This document shows, in pieces, positions 27,235-36,891 of a stretch of 53,337 bases of DNA. This DNA comes from a virus (lineage: Duplodnaviria; Caudoviricetes). Both the position numbers and the translations under genes were made by a program. Within the stretch, counting starts at the first letter, position 1. Every line of letters begins with the position of its first letter. The stretch lies in the IMG/VR virus record IMGVR_UViG_3300031999_000027, positions 1-53,337 of that record. The stretch is one strand, 5' to 3'. The notes beneath the pieces were generated by a model. That model saw nothing but the letters and a program-made list of their open reading frames with translations, made no database searches and was not told the origin of the DNA.

Positions 27235-27633
27235 CTACAGTGATATGATCTGCGATCCTTCCCAGAACTCCGCAGTGTAGAAGAACGCAGTCATTACTCC
27301 TGGGCGTTCCTCAAAACTGATCCCTGCGAATACATACGTTCGTCCGCTGTAGAGTCTCCCAGTAGCGGTAATAGTGACCGTCTTATATACTGCTGCATCA
27401 AGAGGGGTCAAATAAGTAGTCGTTAATGTATCCTTAGACGACGCAGGCATTGTCGAGATGATTCCCTCTATCTGTAGAACGTTCGCCTTCCTTCCAAACG
27501 CTAGAAGTAACGGTAACGCTCCAGGGAATCTCGTCTGTTTAACATCCGCTTGTAACTTATGAACAATCCTCGAGGGAAACCTCGGTAACGTGATCGCTCC
27601 TGCTGTTGGGGTTATAACAAAATTCAAATCCAT
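27235..27633 (-). CDS. distal tail protein-like
   Basis: 132-aa beta-rich protein directly after the tape measure gene. Confidence 0.55.
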   Translation of the reverse strand: MDLNFVITPTAGAITLPRFPSRIVHKLQADVKQTRFPGALPLLLAFGRKANVLQIEGIISTMPASSKDTLTTTYLTPLDAAVYKTVTITATGRLYSGRTYVFAGISFEERPGVMTAFFYTAEFWEGSQIISL

Positions 27634-30245
27634 TTACCCCCCATAGTTTTGGTGAACGTTACAATCGATGAACCCTTCGACGCGGCATCTGCTATCTTCT
27701 GCAAATCTACATCTCCGGAGATATTACCAATCTCAAAGTTCATATACTGTGTCTGATTAACCTGTGGAGTACGATATGCCATCCCTGTATTATCGGTCGG
27801 AGCGGGTGTCGGAACTGGTGTAGGGTTCGCGGGGGTTGTCCAACCAAACGCCTGCCCTAGCCATGAGTTCTTTATCCAGTCAATGATTCCTTGAACAAAC
27901 CCTGTTAAGGCATCTCTGATTCCCCCGAAGTTAGTAACCAACAAGACAATCGCTGCGATCAACAACCCAATAGCTATGACCGGCCAACCAATTGCGGCTA
28001 CCACAGATGCAATCACAGGGATCAGTGTCGTGGTAATGAACCCAACGATAGTACCAATCAAAGGACCCAACCCAAGAATTTGCATAATAAGCCCAGAGAT
28101 TATAGAAATGATAGGAGCAAAGAGTACAAAGATCCCTGCGAGAAATCCCAACGCGGGCATTAGAGGTGTAAGGGCCTTCAGAACATTCAATATTATAGGT
28201 GCGAACAACGCCAGAGTGTTAATCAAAGAAACCAAGAACGCCCCTATAGGACCTCTTAATGCCTCAGCGATGGCATTGATTATGATAATCAAACCAGGCC
28301 CTGCTTGAATAGCAATCGCCATCATAGCGAGAGTTATATTCCCTAACGCCACTTGAACATTTAATGCTTCCTTAGGGAAGTCAGTAAGAACCTGCAGGTT
28401 CTCCGCAGTTCTCGCCGGAGTAGTTCCCCCACCGTATCCAGCCTGTTGTAACCCTATAGCCTCAGCAACAGAGGAAATCGTTTCCTCCCATTGTGCCATA
28501 GTATCAATGAGAGTCTTCAACGTCGAAGTCGCAATATTCCATATTATCCTATTTAGCTGCATCATCCTATACGCTAGGAAGAACAGCCCTCTACCCATAG
28601 CCCCTCCAGCAGATCCAGCCGCTCCTTCTCCAGCTGGACCTCCTACCCCACCCTGTGCTTCAGCTGCTTCAGCACCTTCGCTTAACCCAGTGACATCTCC
28701 AGTTCTCTCAGCGTATTCTTCCTCCGTCTCCGGGCGTTGCCTACCATACACAGGTTCTCTTACTGTTCTCTTTTTGCCGTTCTCTTGTTTTTCAACCTCT
28801 TTAAACCCAAGTATATCTCTGATATACTGTCTAGGAACCTCTGTCAGTGGAGGTTCTTGCTCCCTCTTGAACAACTCAGCTATTCGACTTCTGAAACTCT
28901 GCTTAATCAGTCCCATAACTCCAACTTCTCTTGGAACCTCTCCAGGCATCCCTTCCGCTCCAGGGGGCACCTTACTAACCTCAGCCATAGATTCAACATA
29001 AGCTCCCTCGAAGGCTGAGTTGATTAAATCGAATGTCTCCTTGGCACCGAGACCTCCAGCGGTCCATCGTTGCTCACCATGTCTCTTTCCCTCCGCTGTC
29101 TCCCATATGTCCTCCGACCTAAGTGTGGGTGGGATAGCAGCCATTAACCTTTCAGTAATCCCCTTTCTAGCTTCCTCAGGAATTGTCTCCTTTGTAAGCT
29201 GTTCCATCTGTTTCATTAACTCAGGGATCTGTTCCTCTGGAGGTATTACCTCCCGAGTAGCCGCCATCCACATCCTTGGCGCAGGTCCCTCACGCAGTTC
29301 ATTGTACGCATCAAAGCTCTTTTTCATACTGTCTTTATAATACTTCTGAAGATCCGTTTTACTAAGCATCGCCTTAGGCATAAGTGCCTCTCTTGGAGGA
29401 ATCTTTACAGGACCTTTCTTAGTTAATACCTCCCCTTGTATAGCTTCGACTAAATTCTGCTCCTTCTCAGTGTCCTCAATGATTGATTGTATCAAAGTCG
29501 GAAGGGCCGTGATCATCGAATCCACTAATTCTCTCTTACCCTTGGATTTCATCATCATATTCAATGATGCTATCAATTGTTGCTGAACGGCTTTGCTTTT
29601 CCTAGACGAAGGCCTAAGTGTCCTTTCTGTTGCCTCAATTAGAGTGAACCCCTCACCTTCTTCGTCCTCCTCTTCCTCTCCTGAAGGTACAGCTCCTGTC
29701 GCAGCGGCAGCAATCCCAGATTTGATCCTCGCTGCGTCGGCCTCCGCTTCCTTCGCGACTCGTTTCTCTTCCTCTACCGCGTCCTCCTCAGCTTCTTCAA
29801 ACTTAGCCTCTTTTAATTGTGCGAGAAGTTCCTCCTCAGTTAACACTGACTCCCCTGGTTGAAGATCCGTTCTAATATTAGTCTCTGGAATGCCTAACTT
29901 CATCCCTAGAGACCCAGGAATAAACTGCGTAGTCCTCGCAATAGTCGGCGCACCAGTGGGCCTTCTCCCAGAAGGCAACTCAACCCGTTTCTTAGGATTC
30001 CTAAACTCCTTAGGGGGTTGTTCTTTGCCAAAAACCTGCGTTACATTCGCGGCATCTTCCCTTGATAACGGTTGTCTGGTACTATAAACAGCCGCTGTTG
30101 CACTCTGAAGATCCTTTATTTGCTCCGTAGCTTGTTTCGCATCATCTGTGAGACTTTTGAGCTCCCTTTTGACTTCCTCTATAGCTCTAGTATCTCCCTT
30201 CTTTGCAGATACCTCAACCTCAAGTTTCTTCTCGGTTTCCGCCAA
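27624..30245 (-). CDS. tape measure protein
   Basis: 873 aa, helical, hydrophobic C-terminal repeats, downstream of the tail chaperones. Confidence 0.8.
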   Translation of the reverse strand: MAETEKKLEVEVSAKKGDTRAIEEVKRELKSLTDDAKQATEQIKDLQSATAAVYSTRQPLSREDAANVTQVFGKEQPPKEFRNPKKRVELPSGRRPTGAPTIARTTQFIPGSLGMKLGIPETNIRTDLQPGESVLTEEELLAQLKEAKFEEAEEDAVEEEKRVAKEAEADAARIKSGIAAAATGAVPSGEEEEDEEGEGFTLIEATERTLRPSSRKSKAVQQQLIASLNMMMKSKGKRELVDSMITALPTLIQSIIEDTEKEQNLVEAIQGEVLTKKGPVKIPPREALMPKAMLSKTDLQKYYKDSMKKSFDAYNELREGPAPRMWMAATREVIPPEEQIPELMKQMEQLTKETIPEEARKGITERLMAAIPPTLRSEDIWETAEGKRHGEQRWTAGGLGAKETFDLINSAFEGAYVESMAEVSKVPPGAEGMPGEVPREVGVMGLIKQSFRSRIAELFKREQEPPLTEVPRQYIRDILGFKEVEKQENGKKRTVREPVYGRQRPETEEEYAERTGDVTGLSEGAEAAEAQGGVGGPAGEGAAGSAGGAMGRGLFFLAYRMMQLNRIIWNIATSTLKTLIDTMAQWEETISSVAEAIGLQQAGYGGGTTPARTAENLQVLTDFPKEALNVQVALGNITLAMMAIAIQAGPGLIIIINAIAEALRGPIGAFLVSLINTLALFAPIILNVLKALTPLMPALGFLAGIFVLFAPIISIISGLIMQILGLGPLIGTIVGFITTTLIPVIASVVAAIGWPVIAIGLLIAAIVLLVTNFGGIRDALTGFVQGIIDWIKNSWLGQAFGWTTPANPTPVPTPAPTDNTGMAYRTPQVNQTQYMNFEIGNISGDVDLQKIADAASKGSSIVTFTKTMGGKWI

Positions 30246-30489
30246 GGGGGTCTAACATCTCCATTCGTTTGTACTTTCTTTCGATATCATCCTGGAGACT
30301 TCCTCTGTGTTCTGGATTCATCTGCTCTGATGCATCACTAAGGATCTTAGTATCCAGCATCAGATCCCATATCCCCGGTTCGATGTCATCCAATAGGTGT
30401 TCCTGCCGGAGAATCTGACTCGGCCTTTGGTTGACTGACAACGCTATTGCCCCCACCATCTTCCCCAACTGGCTTTCCGCGAGGGCGAA
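30220..30489 (-). CDS. tail assembly chaperone C-terminal extension (gpGT-like, reached by +1 frameshift)
   Basis: Open +1 frame from TTT-CGC at 30490-30485 to the stop at 30220, just before the tape measure gene. Confidence 0.6.
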   Translation of the reverse strand, partial: FALAESQLGKMVGAIALSVNQRPSQILRQEHLLDDIEPGIWDLMLDTKILSDASEQMNPEHRGSLQDDIERKYKRMEMLDPLGGNREET

Positions 30490-30886
30490 ACAAGCTTTGT
30501 ATCTTCTCCTCCGACATATCGGCGAGAACGAATACCTCTTGTATCAGGAAGAAATAATCCATAAGGTCCAATTCGTCAACCGCTAATGCCTCTTCAGTTG
30601 GGGTGATAGACACCTTAGGTTCTATAACACACTTTACAAGAACCTCATCCATGATATCCATCATGGACTCTACAAGTTTCTGCCTCTCTGGTGTGAGTGT
30701 CTTGAACTCCCCTGTTGTTGGATCTATATTCTGCTCAATCTGAGGTAACTGATCTCTTAAATCCTGAGCATCAAGTAGTTTCATATACGAATCCCTTCCG
30801 GGTTTGCGAATCGTAGCCACATCCCCAGAAGGCATTGTCAACGTTTTCCGTCTCCTCTCACGGTATCTTCCAGCGTCTATTCCCAT
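30386..30886 (-). CDS. tail assembly chaperone (gpG-like)
   Basis: Lies between the tail tube and tape measure genes; helical acidic protein. Confidence 0.7.
   Translation of the reverse strand: MGIDAGRYRERRRKTLTMPSGDVATIRKPGRDSYMKLLDAQDLRDQLPQIEQNIDPTTGEFKTLTPERQKLVESMMDIMDEVLVKCVIEPKVSITPTEEALAVDELDLMDYFFLIQEVFVLADMSEEKIQSLFRPRGKPVGEDGGGNSVVSQPKAESDSPAGTPIG
30485..30490 (-). promoter_or_regulatory. putative +1 programmed ribosomal frameshift site TTT-CGC
   Basis: In-frame TTG TTT CGC in the chaperone gene; the +1 frame gives FALAESQLGKMVGAIALSVNQRPSQIL... Confidence 0.55.
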
Positions 30887-31140
30887 TATTTATCAACTTC
30901 TTCTATGTCTTCTATTTCTTCTATTTCTTCTATTTCTTCTATTTCTGACTCTTTAACTAACTGATCTCCGAACCAAACGATTTCTGACTCACACTCGATA
31001 CATTTCCTAGTTCCCGAGGAGCCTTTCTTCGTGAAGTTCTCACCCTTGTACTCTGCTGCCTCAGGGATAAGATTCGCCTTACCACACGATGGGCAGTTAA
31101 TATAGACGTTCATTACACTACACCGGACCAGCAACGTCAT
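30886..31140 (-). CDS. Zn-ribbon protein with acidic tail
   Basis: CPSC...CIEC; C-terminal (EEI)n. Confidence 0.55.
   Translation of the reverse strand: MTLLVRCSVMNVYINCPSCGKANLIPEAAEYKGENFTKKGSSGTRKCIECESEIVWFGDQLVKESEIEEIEEIEEIEDIEEVDK
30898..30945. repeat. 9-bp tandem repeat (TTCTTCTAT, about 5 copies) encoding IEE repeats
   Basis: ttcttctatgtcttctatttcttctatttcttctatttcttctatttc. Confidence 0.8.
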
Positions 31141-32119
31141 TCGACAGTACTATCGACGGAGCGGCAGTCGCACCAGCTGATGTGTGGCTATATGCTTGGA
31201 AGCCAATTCTTTGCCTGAGTCTTTCTCTTCCAGTAGTTCCTGACTCTAATGTCTGTAACGCCACCGCGGGAAGAGATATCGTCATGTCATAGTTCGGGTG
31301 AACCACTCCTGACGCCTGTCCGAGATAGTAGAGAGTCATTACTCCAGTTAAGAAATCATTATGAGGAGCAGTCTCCGCCCCAGAGACACCACCGTAGAAC
31401 TTAGACCTCTGTGTGAAAGTCGTAAATCTAGCATCGAGCTCTCCGGAAATCGTGAATCCCTCTTCAGATATATCCTGGAGGAACCTAGACCCTGAAGTAT
31501 GTGCATCATCAGGTATTGCTCTCTCCAACCTGACCCTGACGTTCTCACATTTGAGACTTTCACCGAAGGAAGTCACGGTAGCATCATACAACGTATACGG
31601 TCTGAGAGCAGGTAACACAGTCGCATCTAATGCCAATCCCGCTGTGGCAATATCCTCCGTCTTATACTGTGTTGTGATCTCAGCCATACATGGTCTGTTT
31701 TGCGCAGCGTTGAACTCGATTGATTTCACAACGTTTCCTAATGTGAAAATCGGGAGCAACGCACCGTATCCATGTCTGTACTCCATCGAGAACGACTTCA
31801 CACCATCAACCACGGAATACGTGTGCTGTTGTACACCATCATGCGCTGCTGATGAGACCCCTCCCATCACCCATTTCAACATATTCTCCAAGTTGTCTGG
31901 TCTCGCGTACATCGAGATCCTATTCTCTCCAACAAAGCCCCCTAGAATTCCTCCTGCTTCCATCAGATCTACAGATTCCTTTAGCCCCATCATATTATTA
32001 TTCGGTGTCGGTGTGTAATCAGCCACAGGGATCTGTTTAACCCCGCCTATTATCGTCCAAGTTCCAGGATTAGTTCCATAGGCCGCTTCTTCCTTGATTG
32101 CTATCCATCTGTTCCCCAT
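31118..32119 (-). CDS. major tail tube protein
   Basis: IKEEAAYGT N-terminus typical of phage tail tube proteins; 333 aa; upstream of the chaperone. Confidence 0.8.
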   Translation of the reverse strand: MGNRWIAIKEEAAYGTNPGTWTIIGGVKQIPVADYTPTPNNNMMGLKESVDLMEAGGILGGFVGENRISMYARPDNLENMLKWVMGGVSSAAHDGVQQHTYSVVDGVKSFSMEYRHGYGALLPIFTLGNVVKSIEFNAAQNRPCMAEITTQYKTEDIATAGLALDATVLPALRPYTLYDATVTSFGESLKCENVRVRLERAIPDDAHTSGSRFLQDISEEGFTISGELDARFTTFTQRSKFYGGVSGAETAPHNDFLTGVMTLYYLGQASGVVHPNYDMTISLPAVALQTLESGTTGRERLRQRIGFQAYSHTSAGATAAPSIVLSNDVAGPV

Positions 32120-32148
32120 TTCATATCATTCTCCGATCAGTTTCCTGA

Positions 32149-32631
32149 TCATTCCTCCGAAACTGGGTCGTCTACCCAGATTCTTGCTTCTACTACGAAC
32201 GAAACCAACTGTCTCTCGTATCCAGCTACGTCAGGTGGGTTCGATCGTGATTGACCGAATCTTATATCACTAACTAACCCATCCAACGTTCGATGAGCCA
32301 ACAATTTCTTCTTAATCTTTCCTACCCATCCGATGCAGGTTTTTAATGCTACTACCATGTCGTCCCCCTTAGTGAACACCAACAAAGGAATAGAGTACAA
32401 CTGATAATCCCCATGGGTGTCACTCACAACAATCGAACTAGTTCCTGCGGAGACCATCACCAGAACATCCTCGAAGTCAGGCACTGGGGGGTATTTAATT
32501 CCCTGAAGAACGTTTGCAACACCTAGCCCCGTCACTTCTTTAGTCACAGAGAAGACCTTATCCCAGACGTCAACCCATACTGTCTCAGAGTCTGTCACGG
32601 AAGACCCCCTTCGGCGTTTCTTTTCATCCAA
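32149..32631 (-). CDS. tail terminator/completion protein (start probably internal, near 32598)
   Basis: Position before the tail tube; RTLDGLV motif. Confidence 0.6.
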   Translation of the reverse strand: MDEKKRRRGSSVTDSETVWVDVWDKVFSVTKEVTGLGVANVLQGIKYPPVPDFEDVLVMVSAGTSSIVVSDTHGDYQLYSIPLLVFTKGDDMVVALKTCIGWVGKIKKKLLAHRTLDGLVSDIRFGQSRSNPPDVAGYERQLVSFVVEARIWVDDPVSEE

Positions 32632-33086
32632 TCCTCATCCGTAAAACCCAGAACATCATTGATCGCTTGTTCAAAGAACCTATAAGGTCTATTCCCTGGA
32701 TGCTCTCCTAATGGGTTCTCTATCTCAATGATCTCGTTTTCCGTTCCCCATTTAGTGACTCTTCTCGTAGGATGGATGAGTCTTCGATCTATATCTGGGA
32801 CATATCTTCCCGGGGAGGGATTCGAACCTCGTTCTAAGGGCACAGCATACGGAGCATCAACGGATACTATAATCGTATCTCCTTGGTTAGTTTTATTAAC
32901 ACTACCATAGAGCTCCCCAGAGACATACAGCTCCTCTGCAATAATGTGATTTTTCGTCTGTATCACAATCCAATCAGCGATGTCATTAGCCAACTTCTCC
33001 CCAATACCCATCAGTGATAGCTCAAACGTGTCTATCGTCGCCATGACTTCTTTGTCATCGATTGTAATAGCTAATTCAACTGACAT
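32595..33086 (-). CDS. HK97 gp10-like tail completion protein
   Basis: SGELYGSV, APYAVPLERG, HPGNRPYRFFEQA. Confidence 0.75.
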   Translation of the reverse strand: MSVELAITIDDKEVMATIDTFELSLMGIGEKLANDIADWIVIQTKNHIIAEELYVSGELYGSVNKTNQGDTIIVSVDAPYAVPLERGSNPSPGRYVPDIDRRLIHPTRRVTKWGTENEIIEIENPLGEHPGNRPYRFFEQAINDVLGFTDEDWMKRNAEGGLP

Positions 33087-33771
33087 CTTTGTTATCCTCT
33101 ATAGTGTCTGTTCTCAACTGAGCTAACGTGATCATTCCTCCAGGAACCAATATAGGTTGCCCACTAGGAGTTCCAGGAGTAGGTCCTGACATCTGTACTA
33201 ACGCTAACGCTCGTTCAGATATCACATAATATCGTTGAATCTGTCTGTCAACCGCCTCTGGTAGCCTCCCTGCGGTTCTCTCGTATTCTGCCGCGTAGGC
33301 TACATAACTAAGATACACAGCTCTTGCTAGAATCGCTTGGTTAACTATTGCCAAGGGTACTATATCCGCCTTATTATACGTGACATACTCCGCAGCTGAC
33401 GCGATCTGTATCTCTATCGTTTCACTGGATAATCTCTTCGTGCCCATGTCAGCAAGATAAATCCTAACCTCAGCTACCGTAGGCCAGGAGATATCCCAGA
33501 CGATGAACGCAAACGGGTAAACATAGTTCTTTGTCAAAACTGTGTTAACCCAAGAGACCATCCAACGGCCGACAGGGCCCGTCAAAGGTATTGAATAATC
33601 CAGATACCAAGTCCCCAAGATGACCTGTATGCAATCCGTTAGAGCCTTCGTAGCAATCAATATCCTCTGTGGGTCATAAATCGTGATCACCGCAGACGAC
33701 GGATCATATGCAGCATTGTTCTCATCAGTGAATGTTCCCTGAATCCTTTTTACTCCCCCAGGTAATATCAC
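33076..33771 (-). CDS. head-tail adaptor protein with N-terminal Ig-like domain
   Basis: Beta-rich N-half, then PTVAEVRIYL helical adaptor-like half. Confidence 0.6.
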   Translation of the reverse strand: MILPGGVKRIQGTFTDENNAAYDPSSAVITIYDPQRILIATKALTDCIQVILGTWYLDYSIPLTGPVGRWMVSWVNTVLTKNYVYPFAFIVWDISWPTVAEVRIYLADMGTKRLSSETIEIQIASAAEYVTYNKADIVPLAIVNQAILARAVYLSYVAYAAEYERTAGRLPEAVDRQIQRYYVISERALALVQMSGPTPGTPSGQPILVPGGMITLAQLRTDTIEDNKDVS

Positions 33772-33823
33772 TCAAATTGCCTCCTTAGATAAAGACCCAT
33801 CTGATATTTCAGTCGAATGTGAA

Positions 33824-33836
33824 GTATATAAAAACT
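33824..33836 (-). promoter_or_regulatory. TATA-box promoter for neck/tail genes
   Basis: Minus-strand AGTTTTTATATAC about 55 bp upstream of 33771 in an intergenic gap. Confidence 0.5.
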
Positions 33837-33861
33837 TAGTCCATCAAACAACAATCATCAA

Positions 33862-36615
33862 TCACTCCGGTGATGTATCCTCCATCTTGCGAGAGTCATC
33901 AACAAACATTCCTTTACGAGAGTCATCAACAAATGTTGCGTTTGAGGACCTCTGGACGAATCTTGCACGAAGCCACAGAACAACACTAGTAGCACTTGCG
34001 GTAGCTACTTGTGTTATATTTCCAATGGCTCTCCTTATGTGAGCTGATCCCCTGATGCCAATAGCACTAGTGACAATCGTGCTGGTTGCCACTCGACTTA
34101 GTATTAACGAGCGTCCAGTAACACCCACTTGGGCTACCCCGGCAAGTGCTGCTCTCCCAAATATGCTGGCTGCTCTAAAGGCCATTCCTATTACATTCAT
34201 TGTTCCCAAAGCAGTCCTTATAGCCGATAGTACCCTATTCGATATTCCTACTAGACTGATTGTCCCTAATACTAATCGTATAGCTGACAGCATTCTTGAC
34301 GATACTCCTGCCAGGTTGACTGTACCAATTGCTGACCGTATCTTTGAGAGTGTTCTTTGTGAGATTCCTGTTATATGGAATATGCTAACTACAATTCGTG
34401 TTGCTGTTAGAATTCTCGACGATATTCCGATCAATCCTACTGCACCGGCTGCTGATCTGATGAATCCTGCCACCTTATTTGTGTTCGCAATCATCGAGAG
34501 TGCTGCGACGGTTGAACGCGACAAGATTAGTGATCTCGCCGCTACACCAACTGAAGTGATCGCTCCTATCGTACTACGCACCGCAACGATTGCTCGGTTT
34601 GATGCTCCAGTTACTCCTATCACTCCGGTTGCTATTCGACTCAGCAGGAGAGATCGTGCTGTGTTACCGATAATAGAAAGTGCGCCTGTAGCGGCTCTTA
34701 TAGTGGACATCATTCTGGAGGCTATTCCAGCTACTGATAATGTGCTCACAGCTGTCCTAATCGAGGTGACTAATCTTTCAGCACTCCCGATGATGTTTAC
34801 TGCTCCTGCCATACCTCTAGTGAAAATGCCTGCTCTACCAGCCAAGGCAACTAAACCTTGAGCTCCTTGTGCCAGTCGGCTTAATATTAGCGAGCGACTA
34901 GCAGCTCCTATCTGTGTTATTGTTCCCGAAACCGCACGCACAACCTGCAACGATCTAACTGCATTAGCCACTGCACCGATAGCTCCACTTGTCATTCTGA
35001 CAAAGATTCCCGATCGTTTTGTGTCAGCAGAAATACTCTGTGTTGCAATCACAGACCGGAGTGCTAGTAGCACGCGAACTGCCGATCCGATCGATGAGAG
35101 TCCCGCTATTCCGCCTCTAACCACAGCGAGCATTCTACCCGGAGTAGCAATCAATGATTGAGCTGCTGATGCTGCCCTGTTCTTGATAGCTGTGCGCGCT
35201 GATACTCCAACAGATGAGAGTGCCGCTACGTGGCTTCTAACAATCACTAGGCTCCTGGTCGTCTGTCCGACTAGTGACTGCGCTCCTGCAACTGATCTGA
35301 TTGCAGCAAGCAATCTAGCTGATCCGCTTACTATGCTGATGGTGGCACTTGCCGCACGAGTAATAATGAAACTTACAGCCGTGTCTGATACTTGACTTAA
35401 TGCAGCCGATGAGCTTCTAATGGCGGCTAATAAGCGGCCTGACACTCCAATCAGTCCGATTGCCGCTATTGCTCCGCGAGCTCCAACAAACGAACGTACA
35501 CTTGCTGCGGTTACTCCAAGTGTCCCGATTGCGCTTCTTATACCAATTGTCACTCTCTGAGCCACTGATACCGTACTCATTGCAGCAGATGCTAAGCGCA
35601 GCCCAATGAATAATCGTATTGCGCTTCCGCTTAAGCCTATCGCGCTGACTGCCGCTCTACTAGCAACAAGTAGCCGATTAGTAACTCCAACTATGCTAAG
35701 TGTAACAATAGCCGACCTAACTGCGACCTTCAGACGACCCGAAACTTCAACTATGTTGATAGCTCCGATCGACGATTTAGTGAAAATGCCTACTCTGCTA
35801 GCTAGGCCAACTAAGCTTTGACCTCCAGCCGCTATTCGGATCACAATTAATAAGCGATCGGCAACTCCTATTTGCGATAATCCTGCAGCCGCAGACCTGG
35901 CATATGCTCCTACCGCCCATGTCACGACGAGTTTCGTGGCATCAACGAATACCTCATAGTTGGCCTCTAGGTAGCCCACGGCAGTTGCGGCTATTCCGAT
36001 AGCCGATGCCGCTACTCGAGTTCCTACCAAGTTTCTTGCAGTACTAGCCGCTTGTTGGATTGCCGCTACTACACTTCTAGTATAAGACACAGGCCATGCC
36101 CAATTCGTGCTCCGAGTCTGATTCGCCTCGGCGAGTGTGTTATCGTCGATTCTTAGGTAGGCATACTTGCCGCTCTTCAGTGCCGTCACGTCGCCGTAGA
36201 AGTCGATCTCCAGCCAGTCGGTCTGATCGACAACGGTGTACTCGGCGAAGATGTAGTTCGCTCCTGTGTACGTCGTGTAGGAACTGCCGAAGTTGGTCGT
36301 GTTGCTCACGTTCGTCGCTATCGTGGTGCGGATGGTGCCGTCGTTCTTGCGGATGATGATGTCCACGTCGCCGTGGACGGTGCCTCCGTCTTTGTAGGCT
36401 CTGAAGATGGCTGCGATTGTGACCGCTGAGAGTTTAGTTATGTCCGTGAGTTGGTAGACGAATTTGCCGAATATGACGCGGTTTACAATCGCAGTCGATA
36501 CGGTGAGCGTTGTGCCTGCTGCATCGGCGGCGATTGTCTTGAGGAGATAGTAGCTTGTGCCGCCTATGGTCGTCGTGTCCTGATGGCAGTAGAGCGTCGG
36601 CATGCCGACACTCAC
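33862..36615 (-). CDS. fibre-like protein with about 34 copies of a 20-aa Arg/Ala/Ser/Ile repeat
   Basis: 917 aa; period-20 repeats with R at positions 1 and 15 (e.g. RSAIGTVNLAGVSSRMLSAI). Confidence 0.75.
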   Translation of the reverse strand: MSVGMPTLYCHQDTTTIGGTSYYLLKTIAADAAGTTLTVSTAIVNRVIFGKFVYQLTDITKLSAVTIAAIFRAYKDGGTVHGDVDIIIRKNDGTIRTTIATNVSNTTNFGSSYTTYTGANYIFAEYTVVDQTDWLEIDFYGDVTALKSGKYAYLRIDDNTLAEANQTRSTNWAWPVSYTRSVVAAIQQAASTARNLVGTRVAASAIGIAATAVGYLEANYEVFVDATKLVVTWAVGAYARSAAAGLSQIGVADRLLIVIRIAAGGQSLVGLASRVGIFTKSSIGAINIVEVSGRLKVAVRSAIVTLSIVGVTNRLLVASRAAVSAIGLSGSAIRLFIGLRLASAAMSTVSVAQRVTIGIRSAIGTLGVTAASVRSFVGARGAIAAIGLIGVSGRLLAAIRSSSAALSQVSDTAVSFIITRAASATISIVSGSARLLAAIRSVAGAQSLVGQTTRSLVIVRSHVAALSSVGVSARTAIKNRAASAAQSLIATPGRMLAVVRGGIAGLSSIGSAVRVLLALRSVIATQSISADTKRSGIFVRMTSGAIGAVANAVRSLQVVRAVSGTITQIGAASRSLILSRLAQGAQGLVALAGRAGIFTRGMAGAVNIIGSAERLVTSIRTAVSTLSVAGIASRMMSTIRAATGALSIIGNTARSLLLSRIATGVIGVTGASNRAIVAVRSTIGAITSVGVAARSLILSRSTVAALSMIANTNKVAGFIRSAAGAVGLIGISSRILTATRIVVSIFHITGISQRTLSKIRSAIGTVNLAGVSSRMLSAIRLVLGTISLVGISNRVLSAIRTALGTMNVIGMAFRAASIFGRAALAGVAQVGVTGRSLILSRVATSTIVTSAIGIRGSAHIRRAIGNITQVATASATSVVLWLRARFVQRSSNATFVDDSRKGMFVDDSRKMEDTSPE

Positions 36616-36890
36616 CTCCTGAACGTTATCTTGAGGACCTCGGCTCCGCTTCCCTCAACGATCCACCTGTATCCGCATTCTGGGTTCTCCGTGGGCAATT
36701 CTGGACCTGATACACAGGTGTCGTGTGTCTGCCCGCACTCATCGCAATATTCGTCTCGATGACTGTAGATACTGCATTTCCCTTTGGTGGTGAGGTGGCG
36801 ACATGATCCCTCAGTGATCTCCCCGTCTACGTAGCCGCAGCAATAGCCGCATCCTGTACAGGAGCCCATCCGATGAATGATTAAGTCCAT
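36612..36890 (-). CDS. CxxCxxCC (YkgJ-like) cysteine-cluster protein
   Basis: CTGCGYCC, CRHL...CSIYSHR, further Cys residues. Confidence 0.75.
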   Translation of the reverse strand: MDLIIHRMGSCTGCGYCCGYVDGEITEGSCRHLTTKGKCSIYSHRDEYCDECGQTHDTCVSGPELPTENPECGYRWIVEGSGAEVLKITFRR

Positions 36891-36891
36891 A

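Noticed and set aside
34055-35821. Long + strand ORFs opposite the 917-aa fibre gene, and similar antisense ORFs opposite polB, the radical SAM, tape measure and GT-MT genes
   Set aside because: Shadow frames of well-supported genes; no motifs of their own
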